53,649 nucleotides of DNA from an uncultured Chlorobiota bacterium (GCA_947311265.1 CAMZKQ010000240.1:1-53649); one strand, 5' to 3'. Positions 36,626 to 46,652 are shown, counted from the first letter of the stretch. Translations and numbers: made by a program. The notes: generated from the letters alone by a model not told the origin.

Positions 36626-38161
36626 ATGATAGAGGACGAAAAAAAGATACCTGAGAAAAAAGTGCCTGAAAAGAAAATACCTGAGCTTAAAAATAAAACC
36701 GATAAGCATAGCGAATTTCATCGACTAAACCTGCGAGAGGATTTTTCAAGGTTTATGCGTTCGCTTAGAATTTTGGCACACGATACCCTGCATATAAAAG
36801 ATGGAGTGGATATTGAAGGGGCAACTAAGGATATTGAAAAAGGAATTGTTTTTAAAGGCCCTAGTGTCTGGATTTTGGTGGCTTCAATTTTTATTGCTTC
36901 CATTGGGCTAAACTCAAATTCGGCAGCAGTTGTGATAGGAGCAATGCTTATTTCGCCACTTATGGGGCCTATTTTAGGAGTAGGCCTTGCCGTTGGTACT
37001 TACGATTGGGCATTGCTAAAGCGGGCAATGAAATTTTTGGGCATCGCAGTAGGGATTAGTATCCTTACTTCTACATTTTATTTTTGGCTTACGCCAATTA
37101 AAGATGCTCATTCAGAGTTACTTGCAAGAACTAGCCCAACCCTGTTAGATGTACTTATTGCAATATTCGGAGGAATAGCAGGCATAGTGGCCGGCTCGCA
37201 AAAAGAGAAAACAAATGCAATACCCGGAGTAGCAATAGCCACAGCACTTATGCCCCCACTTTGTACAGCAGGTTATGGGCTTGCCACTTGGCAACTGGAT
37301 TTTTTCTTCGGGGCATTTTACCTATTCTTTATAAATTCGGTATTTATAAGCCTTTCTACTTATTTGATAATCAGGTATTTAAAATTCCCTTTGCGGAGTT
37401 TTGTTAGGAAAGTGCGAGAGAAGAAAATAAAACTTTATATGGGCATTTTTATCCTTTTGGTTATACTACCGAGTGCTAAAATCTTCTGGGACGTTATTCA
37501 GGAAAGCCGTTTTTTTGCTAGAACTGATGTGTTTATTGCCGACAATTTTAAAGGCATAAGCCTTAATAAAACAGTAACTTACAACGATACTGTATCTTAT
37601 ATTGATATTTATTTAGTAGGAGAGGAAATTTCTGATACCAAAATTCAGGACATTAATGACAAACTTAGCGAGTATGGGCTAATGGGAAAAAAAGATTTTG
37701 GGATAAGGGTTACAGATAGTACTGCTATTCGCATTCATCAAGCAACAGAAGCGAACTTGGACTCTATTGATGCCAAGTTTAGCTCGATGCGAGCAAATTT
37801 GCAAAGCAAATTACGGGTGGGAATTATTGAAGATTTATACAAAAAGAACGAAGATGTTATTAACAGTAAAAATGCGAGAATTGAGTTTTTAGAAAACTCA
37901 CTTTTGGCTATCCAAAAAGACACCATTCCGCTGGATAATCTAAAAAAAGAGATGCTTGTGCAATACCCTAAAATTGAACGCTTTGCATATTCAAAGGCTA
38001 TTGAAACCGATACTGCAGGGGGCTTTGATACCATACCTACTTTCCTAGTAGCATGGAATAAGAAGATGAGGCGCCGAAGTAAAAATGAGCAGACAAAAGT
38101 ACTTGCTCGCTGGCTAAAAGTCCGATTGAAAATGGACACCGTGCGGGTTGTTCTTTACTAG
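36626..38161 (+). CDS. DUF389 (TIGR00341-type) membrane protein with C-terminal extension
   Basis: Hydrophobic core with DUF389-like motifs (AVVIGAMLISPLMGPILGVG; IPGVAIATALMPPLCTAGYGL). The N-terminus has short IPEKK/VPEKK repeats. Confidence 0.65.
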   Translation: MIEDEKKIPEKKVPEKKIPELKNKTDKHSEFHRLNLREDFSRFMRSLRILAHDTLHIKDGVDIEGATKDIEKGIVFKGPSVWILVASIFIASIGLNSNSAAVVIGAMLISPLMGPILGVGLAVGTYDWALLKRAMKFLGIAVGISILTSTFYFWLTPIKDAHSELLARTSPTLLDVLIAIFGGIAGIVAGSQKEKTNAIPGVAIATALMPPLCTAGYGLATWQLDFFFGAFYLFFINSVFISLSTYLIIRYLKFPLRSFVRKVREKKIKLYMGIFILLVILPSAKIFWDVIQESRFFARTDVFIADNFKGISLNKTVTYNDTVSYIDIYLVGEEISDTKIQDINDKLSEYGLMGKKDFGIRVTDSTAIRIHQATEANLDSIDAKFSSMRANLQSKLRVGIIEDLYKKNEDVINSKNARIEFLENSLLAIQKDTIPLDNLKKEMLVQYPKIERFAYSKAIETDTAGGFDTIPTFLVAWNKKMRRRSKNEQTKVLARWLKVRLKMDTVRVVLY

Positions 38162-38167
38162 TTAGCT

Positions 38168-39079
38168 TTACTTTTTCCAGCTAATATATTTCTCGAACCA
38201 ACTCCAAGGCAGGAGTTTTACAGCCCACCTTTTTATTAAACTTAAGGCACTCTTATCTGGGTATTTATAATCTATGCCCGATAGTTTAAGGTATTTTGTA
38301 AATAAGAACTTATAGGGGTGAGCATCAGCGTAATGCCATGGTTTAGAAACACCTGTGTAATGCACTATTTTTGGGTGTTCCATAAATTGCTTGTGGGTTT
38401 TATCTTGCTGCTGGTATTCTTTTTTTTTGAGAAACATTAAAGTTTGAATATTCCAACTAATATCTACAATTTTTACATCTCTATATAAAATAGCATTAAG
38501 GGCATCTTGGTCCCAGTTGGGCAAACTGCCTGAATGTTGGTCTAAATAAGTGAGTACTTTTGTGTGGATATTGTTTTTTCGCCAAAAATCAAGGTTCATT
38601 AATAATATCCCGGCGTTAAAATATTGTGTATCTTTTGGCAACCCTAGTGTTTTTTCGGCATTAAAAAAAGGGCCTGGTGCGGCTGCAATAGCTTTGTTTT
38701 CAATATTTATTTCCCACAATTCGCTTAAATTTGAATTAATAATTATATCGGAATCCAAGTAAAGTACTTTTTTTATATCCACAGGAAAAAGCTCTGGAAT
38801 TAGAATGCGGTAGTAGGTGGCATGCGAAATATGTTGGGAGATGTGGTACTTATCTAATATCGAGGTATCAAATTTTATAAATTTAACGGTTTGAGAATAA
38901 CATAACCCTACTTTTTCGATTTCTAGCTCATCGTTGCGACCTAATGTTCCTGATAGAACAAAAATTTTAAATACTTCTGTTTTATTATTATCGAAAAGCG
39001 AATGAAGCATTACGCATAATTGCATTAGATAGCCTTGGTCAATGGCTACTGCAATAATTATTTCCTTATTAGTTTTCAT
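38168..39079 (-). CDS. Glycosyltransferase family 8
   Basis: 303 aa. N-terminal IAVAIDQGYL..., DxD motif (LYLDSDIIIN), and NAGILLMNL plus HYTG..KPW motifs typical of GT8. Confidence 0.8.
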   Translation of the reverse strand: MKTNKEIIIAVAIDQGYLMQLCVMLHSLFDNNKTEVFKIFVLSGTLGRNDELEIEKVGLCYSQTVKFIKFDTSILDKYHISQHISHATYYRILIPELFPVDIKKVLYLDSDIIINSNLSELWEINIENKAIAAAPGPFFNAEKTLGLPKDTQYFNAGILLMNLDFWRKNNIHTKVLTYLDQHSGSLPNWDQDALNAILYRDVKIVDISWNIQTLMFLKKKEYQQQDKTHKQFMEHPKIVHYTGVSKPWHYADAHPYKFLFTKYLKLSGIDYKYPDKSALSLIKRWAVKLLPWSWFEKYISWKK

Positions 39080-39082
39080 TGG

Positions 39083-39667
39083 CTATTTGGTAAGTAAAAA
39101 TGTAACGCTTGAAAAGTCAGTAAATTTCCCTATAAGTCCTGTTTCAAAGGAGTGGGGGGCTAGGGTGGCATAATTGGATACCATGTTTCTGAAAAAGCCT
39201 TTTCGTTTTGTTGGGTTTATAAAGCAATCAATACTAGAAAACCCTTCGTCAAAAAAACGGTATTGATTATAAAAATAAGTCTTTTTTACAAAATAATCAA
39301 AACTAGAAAGGGTGTAAAAATTAATATGCGTAGGGTCTATAAATGCCCCTCTGGATTTGTAGTAAGGCACTCGTATAGCGAGTTTTCCGCCGGGTTTCAA
39401 TATGCGTATGCACTCTTTGGTAAGCTGTAGTACATTTTTGATATGCTCAAATACATTATCTGCATAAATTAAATCAGCATAAGCATCTTCAAAAGGCAAA
39501 GGCTGTTCTAAATCTGCCTTAACATCTTCATTACCAATAGTATAAAAATCTACATTTATAAAATTATCTAATGGTTTTTGCCCACAGCCTAGGTTAATAT
39601 TTGTTTCTTTCACCTGTTTTTCTAACGAAAAATTACGCTTTTCAAATAATTGTTTAAGTTTGTTCAT
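39083..39667 (-). CDS. Class I SAM-dependent methyltransferase
   Basis: Motif I (NLGCGQKP) and the post-I/II region (LKPGGKLAIRVP). Confidence 0.7.
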   Translation of the reverse strand: MNKLKQLFEKRNFSLEKQVKETNINLGCGQKPLDNFINVDFYTIGNEDVKADLEQPLPFEDAYADLIYADNVFEHIKNVLQLTKECIRILKPGGKLAIRVPYYKSRGAFIDPTHINFYTLSSFDYFVKKTYFYNQYRFFDEGFSSIDCFINPTKRKGFFRNMVSNYATLAPHSFETGLIGKFTDFSSVTFLLTK

Positions 39668-39670
39668 TAT

Positions 39671-40342
39671 TTAATATTTTTCTGCATAGACCGCATAGTT
39701 AATAACATCTTTCCCTTTGTTCTTTTCACGCTTTTCGGCTATCTTGTTAATTAGTTTAACTAAAATTTTTCCTATAACAGGTTTGCCAAAAATAATTTTA
39801 TTTAGACGTATAGCGGTAGAGCTTATGTCTGTGCCTTGCTTTTTTGTTTTAATATTTTTGAAACCAGTATTTTTAAGTAAAGCGGTGATGCCATGTTCTG
39901 TAAATCGGAAAAAATCATAAGGTTCTTCGTGTAATTCCCACGACATTGGTAATGTTAAAAATAACTTGCCATTTGGTTTTAGTACTCTGTACATTTCTGC
40001 CAAAACTAGCCATGGTTTTGGGGTGTGTTCAAGCAACTGAAATGCGACCACTATATCTACACTGTTACTACTTAAAGGGGTTTTACTTGCATCGGCATAA
40101 ATATCAGCCAATTTATTTTCGGTATCAATATCAATACCAATATACTGTTGCACATCAGGAGATAGTTTTTGATAAGGTTTATTACCGCAACCAAAATCAG
40201 CTAAAATTCCCCTAGCTTCTGATAGCTCTTTTTCTATATCGGCAAGTAAAAATTTGTAGTGTAGGTAAAGCGGGTGCGATTTAACTAATAAATGTTTAAA
40301 GTCGCTCATCCTTTCAACTGTTCTACTTTTAGATTTATACAT
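39671..40342 (-). CDS. Class I SAM-dependent methyltransferase
   Basis: Motif I (LADFGCGNKP), and LEHTPKPWLVLAEMYRVLKPNGKLFLT, typical of Methyltransf_11-type enzymes. Confidence 0.75.
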   Translation of the reverse strand: MYKSKSRTVERMSDFKHLLVKSHPLYLHYKFLLADIEKELSEARGILADFGCGNKPYQKLSPDVQQYIGIDIDTENKLADIYADASKTPLSSNSVDIVVAFQLLEHTPKPWLVLAEMYRVLKPNGKLFLTLPMSWELHEEPYDFFRFTEHGITALLKNTGFKNIKTKKQGTDISSTAIRLNKIIFGKPVIGKILVKLINKIAEKREKNKGKDVINYAVYAEKY

Positions 40343-40351
40343 CTGCTGTAA

Positions 40352-41668
40352 TTATATATATTTTTTTAACTGGTATTTAAAAAATGGATATAAACCCAAA
40401 GTAAAAATTGAAGCTAACATAATACCTGTCATTTTACGGAGTTTTTTGCTGAGTGCACCTGTTAGTACAAACCCCAAAGTGTAGGAAACTGCGGTGGCAA
40501 TAGCAGCACCTTCAATCCCCCAGTATGGAATGAAAGTAACATTTAAAATAATATTAAGAACAGCAACTCCTACTTGCATATAAAATTGAAACAGCTGCAA
40601 ATTTTCTATGACTACCCACTTCCCCCAAAATACACCAAAAGCAGCCATTACACCTGCAAAACTGTAGATTGACAAAACAGTAGAGACACCTATGTAATCT
40701 TCACCATAAAGTAACAAAATTAAAGATTTACCAAAAAAAACGAATATTAAAATAACTAAAAATGAAAATGTTATCGTTATACCCGAAAAATAATGTAATG
40801 TTTGATAATATAGTTCTTCCGATTTTTTCTTAGCTTTCACTATTGCAGGAAATACAGAAGACGCAATAGCAATAGGCACAAAATACCAAGACTCTGCTAA
40901 CTGTACAGCTACCGAATATACACCTACTGCACTTGAAGAGAGGTAATGCTTCAACATTATTTGGTCAATCCGGGAGTATAATACAATAGCTATTCCTGCA
41001 AACATCAGAGGTAAGGACTCCGTTATTAGCTTATTAATTAGCTTAAAATCAATGAGTGTACCTCTTGTTTCTCTTCTTTTTTTATAGTAAAAAATACCTG
41101 TAATGATAAAAGAAATAAAAGTTTCGATTGCATAACTTGCTGCAAACCAGATTAAACTGGCATCTAAATAAAGTAAAACTACTATAATAAAACCCTTTAC
41201 CAGCAACCCACTAAACTTTGCAAAAGAAATATATTTTGCAAGAATATTAGCCCTGAAAAATAAATCGAAAACCGAAACCTGTTGGAAAAAGAAACTTAAG
41301 CCTAAAAGTCCAATTAAAATTTTATCCTCCTGCCCAGTAGGCAAAAAAAGCCAACTAATGAAAATAAAAATAAAGGCGATAGAACTGCCTACAACCTTCA
41401 TAAAAAAAACTGTAGCTAAATAAGTTTTTTCCTTTTTAGGGCTACTTATCAAATGCTTTTCGGTAACAGTATCTAAGCCCAATGAAAAAAAGGGGCTAAA
41501 TATAAAAACAAAGCTATAGGCATACATCAATAAGCCATAGCTATCCGCCCCTAAGTAGCGCGCCATAATTATTGCAAAAATAATCTTGACCACTTTCTCG
41601 GAAATCATCCAAAACGTATTTTTGATATACTTTATAAGTACTTTAACTGTGCCTTCTTTTAGCTTCAA
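40352..41668 (-). CDS. Oligosaccharide flippase (Wzx-like, MOP superfamily)
   Basis: 438 aa, polytopic membrane protein. First gene of the minus-strand block with GT8 and two methyltransferases. Confidence 0.75.
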   Translation of the reverse strand: MKLKEGTVKVLIKYIKNTFWMISEKVVKIIFAIIMARYLGADSYGLLMYAYSFVFIFSPFFSLGLDTVTEKHLISSPKKEKTYLATVFFMKVVGSSIAFIFIFISWLFLPTGQEDKILIGLLGLSFFFQQVSVFDLFFRANILAKYISFAKFSGLLVKGFIIVVLLYLDASLIWFAASYAIETFISFIITGIFYYKKRRETRGTLIDFKLINKLITESLPLMFAGIAIVLYSRIDQIMLKHYLSSSAVGVYSVAVQLAESWYFVPIAIASSVFPAIVKAKKKSEELYYQTLHYFSGITITFSFLVILIFVFFGKSLILLLYGEDYIGVSTVLSIYSFAGVMAAFGVFWGKWVVIENLQLFQFYMQVGVAVLNIILNVTFIPYWGIEGAAIATAVSYTLGFVLTGALSKKLRKMTGIMLASIFTLGLYPFFKYQLKKYI

Positions 41669-41846
41669 TGCCCTATTTTTGATTAAAACAAAAACGTATA
41701 ATTTTATACATTAAATTTTGACGGCACAAATCTAAGAAATAACTAGAAACAATATCTAAACTAATGTCAAATATAAATTCAGAATAAAAAAAAAGACGAT
41801 ATATAGAATAAAAATGTAAAGTGTACTGCAAATTAATCATTTTTTC

Positions 41847-41854
41847 TATATTTG
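41847..41854 (+). promoter_or_regulatory. Candidate -7 box (TAnnTTTG) for ftsX
   Basis: TATATTTG at 41847-41854, 17 nt upstream of the ATG at 41871. Confidence 0.4.
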
Positions 41855-41870
41855 CAGTCAAATTTGTTAT

Positions 41871-42737
41871 ATGGATGCCCCTAAAACCAAAATCAGACAA
41901 ATCCGTAGTGCATACTTTACCTCCGGAATTAGCATTACCCTAGTTTTGCTGATAGCTGGGTTTACGATGCTCATTATTTTTAATGCAAAGCAATTTACAG
42001 ATTATGCCAAAGACAATATTGGCTTTACCATCTTCCTTAAAGAAAGCGCAAAACCAGCCGATACAGAACGCCTGTACAAAACCTTACAGATAGCCCCTTA
42101 TACCAATGCCGTAGAATTTGTAAACAAAGAAGAAGCCGCAAAAGAACTACAAAAAGAACTTGGCGAAGATTTCCAGCTATTTCTTGGCTACAACCCACTG
42201 CCCAACTCGATAGAAGTAAAACTAAAAGCCAATTATGCCACCGAAGATAGCATAAAAAATATCCGCAAAAGTATTGAAAAAAAAAGTTTCGTAAAAGAAT
42301 TCTTTTACCGAAAATCCCTCGTAGAACAAGTGAGTAAAAATATAAGAATTTTTGGCTTTATAGGCACATTTTTTGCTCTACTACTACTACTAATTGCCGC
42401 CACACTTATAAGCAACAGCGTCCGCTTATCGGTACACAGCAAACGCTTCCATATAAAAACAGCACAGCTCGTAGGGGGCGACGATAAATTTATCCGTAAA
42501 CCATTTGTAATAAATAGTATCGTTTCGGGCATTTTTAGTACAGCAATAGCAGCACTAGCACTAGTCCTAAGCGTATTATTTTTACAAGGCAACCTAGGAA
42601 AAATAATATCTATGCAAGGAATTTGGTTAATTATACTAATAATGCTTATCTTTGGCGTTGGAATAACAGGTACAGCAGGATACCTTTCAGTAAACCGCTA
42701 CCTTACAGCACAATCCGAAGACCTTTATACAAGATAA
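41871..42737 (+). CDS. ftsX: Cell division permease-like protein FtsX
   Basis: 288 aa. One N-terminal TM helix, a ~100-aa periplasmic domain, and three C-terminal TM helices (FtsX topology). As commonly seen in Bacteroidota, it is followed by a DUF3098 gene. Confidence 0.8.
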   Translation: MDAPKTKIRQIRSAYFTSGISITLVLLIAGFTMLIIFNAKQFTDYAKDNIGFTIFLKESAKPADTERLYKTLQIAPYTNAVEFVNKEEAAKELQKELGEDFQLFLGYNPLPNSIEVKLKANYATEDSIKNIRKSIEKKSFVKEFFYRKSLVEQVSKNIRIFGFIGTFFALLLLLIAATLISNSVRLSVHSKRFHIKTAQLVGGDDKFIRKPFVINSIVSGIFSTAIAALALVLSVLFLQGNLGKIISMQGIWLIILIMLIFGVGITGTAGYLSVNRYLTAQSEDLYTR

Positions 42738-42750
42738 AAAAGATAAAATT

Positions 42751-43017
42751 ATGCCTTTACAAGATTCTGAAAAATTTGGCTTTGCACTCGGCAAAGAAAA
42801 TTACATACTACTAGCCGCAGGCTTCGCTGTTATATTTATAGGCTTCCTACTTATGGTAGGTGGTGGCTCGGACGACCCTAATGTATTTAATGCCGACGAA
42901 CTTTTTAGCTTCCGTAGAACAACCCTTGCACCCATTGTTATACTTGCCGGTTTTGTATTCGAAATATATGCAATAATGAAAAAACCAAAAGAAGCAACAG
43001 ACGAAAAAGAAGACTAA
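42751..43017 (+). CDS. DUF3098-like small membrane protein
   Basis: 88 aa, two TM helices (NYILLAAGFAVIFIGFLLMVGG; LAPIVILAGFVFEIYAIM). Conserved position after ftsX. Confidence 0.6.
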   Translation: MPLQDSEKFGFALGKENYILLAAGFAVIFIGFLLMVGGGSDDPNVFNADELFSFRRTTLAPIVILAGFVFEIYAIMKKPKEATDEKED

Positions 43018-43046
43018 AATTACCAAATTTTTAAATAATTAAACTA

Positions 43047-43071
43047 GAAAGCTACATTTTGTAGCTTTTTT
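43047..43071 (+). terminator. Rho-independent terminator
   Basis: aagctac (43049-43055) / gtagctt (43061-43067), 5-nt loop, then a T-run. Confidence 0.6.
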
Positions 43072-43197
43072 AGTGTAAAAAACAAAGCATTAAAAATAAA
43101 GTAATGCACACATTATAAAAAATAGATACTATACATTGTTGATATACAGTAGTTTATTAAAAGTTAATAAAAATAAGTTTTGTAACGAAAAAATTAA

Positions 43198-43205
43198 TAC
43201 CTTTG
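43198..43205 (+). promoter_or_regulatory. Candidate -7 box (TAnnTTTG) for the deoC operon
   Basis: TACCTTTG at 43198-43205, 35 nt upstream of the ATG at 43240. A TTTG about 20 nt further upstream could be the -33 element. Confidence 0.45.
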
Positions 43206-43239
43206 TAAAAAGAAATTAATTTACAAAACCTATTTATCT

Positions 43240-44127
43240 ATGCCATTTAAAACACCAAAAATTGACAGAGTAGGTATTCAGGAGCGATGTGCTAAATTTC
43301 AATCCAGAAGTTTAAAAGCAGATACCAAAAAAAAGCTCCTTCGCCTTGCCCTTAATATGGTCGATTTAACCACCCTAGAAGGAAGCGATACCCCAGGCAA
43401 AGTAAAACAACTTTGCAACAAAGCCATTCTTCCACACGGAGCATTGCCTAACCTGCCACAAGTAGCCGCCGTTTGCGTATATCCATCGCAAGTAAAAACC
43501 GCAAAAAAAGCACTCAATGGTGCAAAAATAAACGTCGCCTCGGTAGCCACAGTATTCCCTAGCGGGCAAGCAAAATTATCAATAAAACTAGATGACACCC
43601 GCTTCGCAGTTGATGAAGGAGCAGACGAAATCGATATGGTAATTTCTCGTGGCGAATTTCTAAGAGGTAACCACAACTATGTGTTCGACGAAATTGCAGC
43701 AGTTAAAGAAGCCTGCGGAAAAGCACGGCTTAAAGTTATCCTGGAAACAGGCGAACTTAGCACACTAGACAATGTTAGAAAAGCAAGCGAAATAGCAATT
43801 TTAGCAGGAGCAGATTTTATAAAAACATCAACAGGAAAAATACAACCCGCCGCAACAATGCCAGTAACGCTAGTAATGCTAGAAACTATTAGAGATTACT
43901 ACTACAGCACAGGCATTAAAATAGGCATGAAGCCTGCCGGAGGCATTTCAAATGCAAAACTAGCACTACACTATTTAGTTATGGTTAGCGAAACCCTTGG
44001 TGATGATTGGATGAATAACAACTATTTCCGCTTCGGGGCAAGCAGCTTGGCGAACGATTTACTTCGCCAAATTGTAAAACAAGAAAGCGGATTGTATCAA
44101 TCCAAAGACTATTTTTCGATAGGATAA
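43240..44127 (+). CDS. deoC: Deoxyribose-phosphate aldolase (long form)
   Basis: 295 aa. VDLTTLEG, EIDMVI, and the Schiff-base lysine context GADFIKTSTGK, typical of DeoC. Confidence 0.85.
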   Translation: MPFKTPKIDRVGIQERCAKFQSRSLKADTKKKLLRLALNMVDLTTLEGSDTPGKVKQLCNKAILPHGALPNLPQVAAVCVYPSQVKTAKKALNGAKINVASVATVFPSGQAKLSIKLDDTRFAVDEGADEIDMVISRGEFLRGNHNYVFDEIAAVKEACGKARLKVILETGELSTLDNVRKASEIAILAGADFIKTSTGKIQPAATMPVTLVMLETIRDYYYSTGIKIGMKPAGGISNAKLALHYLVMVSETLGDDWMNNNYFRFGASSLANDLLRQIVKQESGLYQSKDYFSIG

Positions 44128-44167
44128 AATTAACCCTTTCATCAAAAACAAAATCAAGAAACGTAAA

Positions 44168-45643
44168 ATGGCAAAAAAAGAAAACAAAAATATAGCAGAT
44201 TTAAAATTTGGAGCAACAATAGAATATGCCCCAGCCCCAGAGTCAAATGCACATATTGAAATTAAAAAGAAATACGAACTATTTATTGGTGGCGAATTTG
44301 TTGCCCCTGAAAAAGGCAAATATTTCCCAACAATAAATCCGGCAACGGAAGAAAAATTAGCAGATATTGCAAAAGCAGATGCCACAGACGTGGACAAAGC
44401 CGTAAAAAGTGCAAGATATGCTTACGACAACTACTGGTCGAAAATTAGCGGAAGCCAAAGAGGAAAATACCTTTTCCGTATAGCCAGAATGCTACAAGAA
44501 CGGGCTAGGGAGTTCGCCATTATCGAAACCATGGACGGCGGAAAGCCCATAAAAGAAGCCAAAGGCTTTGATGTGCCAATGGCAATAAACTGGTTCTTCT
44601 ACTACGCCGGTTGGGCAGATAAAATAGAGTATGCAGTACCAGGAAAAAATCCAGAGGCACTCGGCGTAGCCGGGCAAGTTATCCCGTGGAATTTCCCACT
44701 AATGATGGCGGCATGGAAAATTGCTCCCGCACTAGCAGCTGGTAACTGCGTGGTACTAAAACCCGCAGAAACCACTTCACTTACCGCACTAAAATTAGCC
44801 GAGTTAATACAAGAAGCAGGCGTACCACCGGGCGTAGTAAATATTGTAACCGGAGAAGGCGATACTGGAGCCGCAATTGTAAACCATGCAGATGTAGATA
44901 AAGTCGCATTTACAGGCTCTACCAGAGTAGGGAAAATGATACAAAAAAGCCTTGCCGGCTCGGGTAAAAAATTAACCCTAGAATTAGGCGGAAAAGGTGC
45001 AAATATTATTTTTGAAGATGCAGCTATCGACCAAGCCGTAGAAGGCGTAATTAATGCCGTTTACTTTAATCAAGGGCATGTATGCTGTGCTGGCTCTCGC
45101 CTTTTTGTACAAGAGGGCATTGCTGAAACCGTACTTCAAAAACTAAAAGATAGGCTCAAAACAATACGCATTGGCAACCCGCTGGATAAAAATACAGATA
45201 TTGGTGCAATCAATTCTAAAAAACAACTCGACACTGTTCAAGACTACATAAATATAGGAATTAACGAAGGCGGAAAACTCTACCAAGACAAGTGCAGTTT
45301 ACCAAAAAAAGGCTTTTGGTGCAAACCAACAATTTTTACTAACGTTTCGCAAGCCAGTAGGGTAGTGCAGGAAGAAATTTTTGGCCCCGTGCTTACGGTA
45401 CAAACTTTTAGAACAATTGATGAGGTTGTTGAGCTTGCTAACAACACTTACTATGGCTTGTCGGCAGGTGTGTGGACAGATAAAGGCTCAAAAGTTTTCC
45501 AAGTAGGCAACCAACTTAAAGCTGGTGTGGTTTGGGCGAACTCGTTCAATAAATTTGATGCCACATCGCCTTTCGGCGGATTTAAAGAAAGTGGATTTGG
45601 GCGAGAAGGTGGCTTGCACGGGCTTACTGCCTATTTAAAATAA
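44168..45643 (+). CDS. Aldehyde dehydrogenase family protein (NAD(P)+-dependent)
   Basis: 491 aa. WNFPL, FTGST, catalytic Glu motif LELGGKG and catalytic Cys motif FNQGHVCCAGSR are all present. Confidence 0.9.
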   Translation: MAKKENKNIADLKFGATIEYAPAPESNAHIEIKKKYELFIGGEFVAPEKGKYFPTINPATEEKLADIAKADATDVDKAVKSARYAYDNYWSKISGSQRGKYLFRIARMLQERAREFAIIETMDGGKPIKEAKGFDVPMAINWFFYYAGWADKIEYAVPGKNPEALGVAGQVIPWNFPLMMAAWKIAPALAAGNCVVLKPAETTSLTALKLAELIQEAGVPPGVVNIVTGEGDTGAAIVNHADVDKVAFTGSTRVGKMIQKSLAGSGKKLTLELGGKGANIIFEDAAIDQAVEGVINAVYFNQGHVCCAGSRLFVQEGIAETVLQKLKDRLKTIRIGNPLDKNTDIGAINSKKQLDTVQDYINIGINEGGKLYQDKCSLPKKGFWCKPTIFTNVSQASRVVQEEIFGPVLTVQTFRTIDEVVELANNTYYGLSAGVWTDKGSKVFQVGNQLKAGVVWANSFNKFDATSPFGGFKESGFGREGGLHGLTAYLK

Positions 45644-45691
45644 AAAAATTCAGGCAAGTTTTGAATTATTATAAGACGAAAAAATAAAAAA

Positions 45692-46621
45692 ATGAAAGAT
45701 AAACAATCCAAAGGGGCCGCAAATTTGCAAGCCAACTATAAAATAAACACAGGACATACAGCTATCCCGAAAACATATAAACTATATATAGGCGGTGCAT
45801 TTCCTAGAACAGAATCAGGACGGTATTTAAAAATGAAAAATAAAAAAGATAACTCCATATTAAACATTTCGCACGGCTCTAAAAAAGATTTTAAAGCTGC
45901 CGCTGCGGCAGCTAGAAGTGCACTCGGTGGCTGGGCAAAACGAACCCCTTACAACAGGGCACAAATTACTTACCGCATTGCAGAAATGCTAGAAGGCAGA
46001 AAAATGCAGTTTGTTGCAGAACTCGAGGCCGCAGGAGTATCAAAAAATGAAGCTCAAAAAGACGTGGAGGCAGCCATTGATTTGTTGGTTTATTATACTG
46101 GCTGGGCAGATAAATTTCAGCAAATATATAGTACTGTAAACCCTGTGTCTGAACCCTATTTTAATTTCTCTACGGGCGTTCCCGTAGGTGTAGTTTCGGT
46201 AATTGCTCCTAAGGAGTCTGGCTTATGGGGCTTTTTGGCCGCATTTATCCCTGCCTTTGTTGGTGGGAATACAGTAATTGTTTTGGCCGAAGAAAAATTC
46301 TCAGCTTGTGCAATTTCTTTTGCAGAAGTACTCAATTCGTCAGATGTGCCTGGCGGAACAATTAATATCATTACAGGAAAACGGAAAGAGTTACTTGCCC
46401 CATTTACGACACACATGGAGGTCAATTCTGTAATATTATACACCGAAGATAAAACTGAAATTATTGCGGTACAAGAAAGTGCAGCCGTAAATGTAAAACG
46501 CACAAGCATAAGGCACTTTGCAGACGAAAAACAAAGCCCTTACCTTATTTTTGAAACCTTAGAAACCAAAACTACTTGGCACCCTATGGGAGGCTCTGAC
46601 GGTGGTGGAGCTAAGTATTAG
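45692..46621 (+). CDS. Truncated aldehyde-dehydrogenase-like protein lacking the catalytic motifs
   Basis: 309 aa. The N-terminal and cofactor-domain regions resemble ALDHs (YKLYIGGAFPRTESG…, YYTGWADK, GNTVIVLAEE, SDVPGGTINIITG). I find no ELGGK-type Glu motif and no catalytic Cys motif. The ORF ends cleanly and is followed by a terminator. Confidence 0.7.
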   Translation: MKDKQSKGAANLQANYKINTGHTAIPKTYKLYIGGAFPRTESGRYLKMKNKKDNSILNISHGSKKDFKAAAAAARSALGGWAKRTPYNRAQITYRIAEMLEGRKMQFVAELEAAGVSKNEAQKDVEAAIDLLVYYTGWADKFQQIYSTVNPVSEPYFNFSTGVPVGVVSVIAPKESGLWGFLAAFIPAFVGGNTVIVLAEEKFSACAISFAEVLNSSDVPGGTINIITGKRKELLAPFTTHMEVNSVILYTEDKTEIIAVQESAAVNVKRTSIRHFADEKQSPYLIFETLETKTTWHPMGGSDGGGAKY

Positions 46622-46652
46622 ACCCTCCCATTAAGCTATTTAAAACACTATA

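Noticed and set aside
38420-38428. A9/T9 homopolymers inside coding regions (GT8 at 38420-38428, hemW near 12231, nuclease near 51205) as phase-variation switches.
   Set aside because: Each encodes a Lys-Lys-Lys run, which is common in this AT-rich genome. All three genes are currently in frame, and the tracts are shorter than typical contingency-locus repeats.
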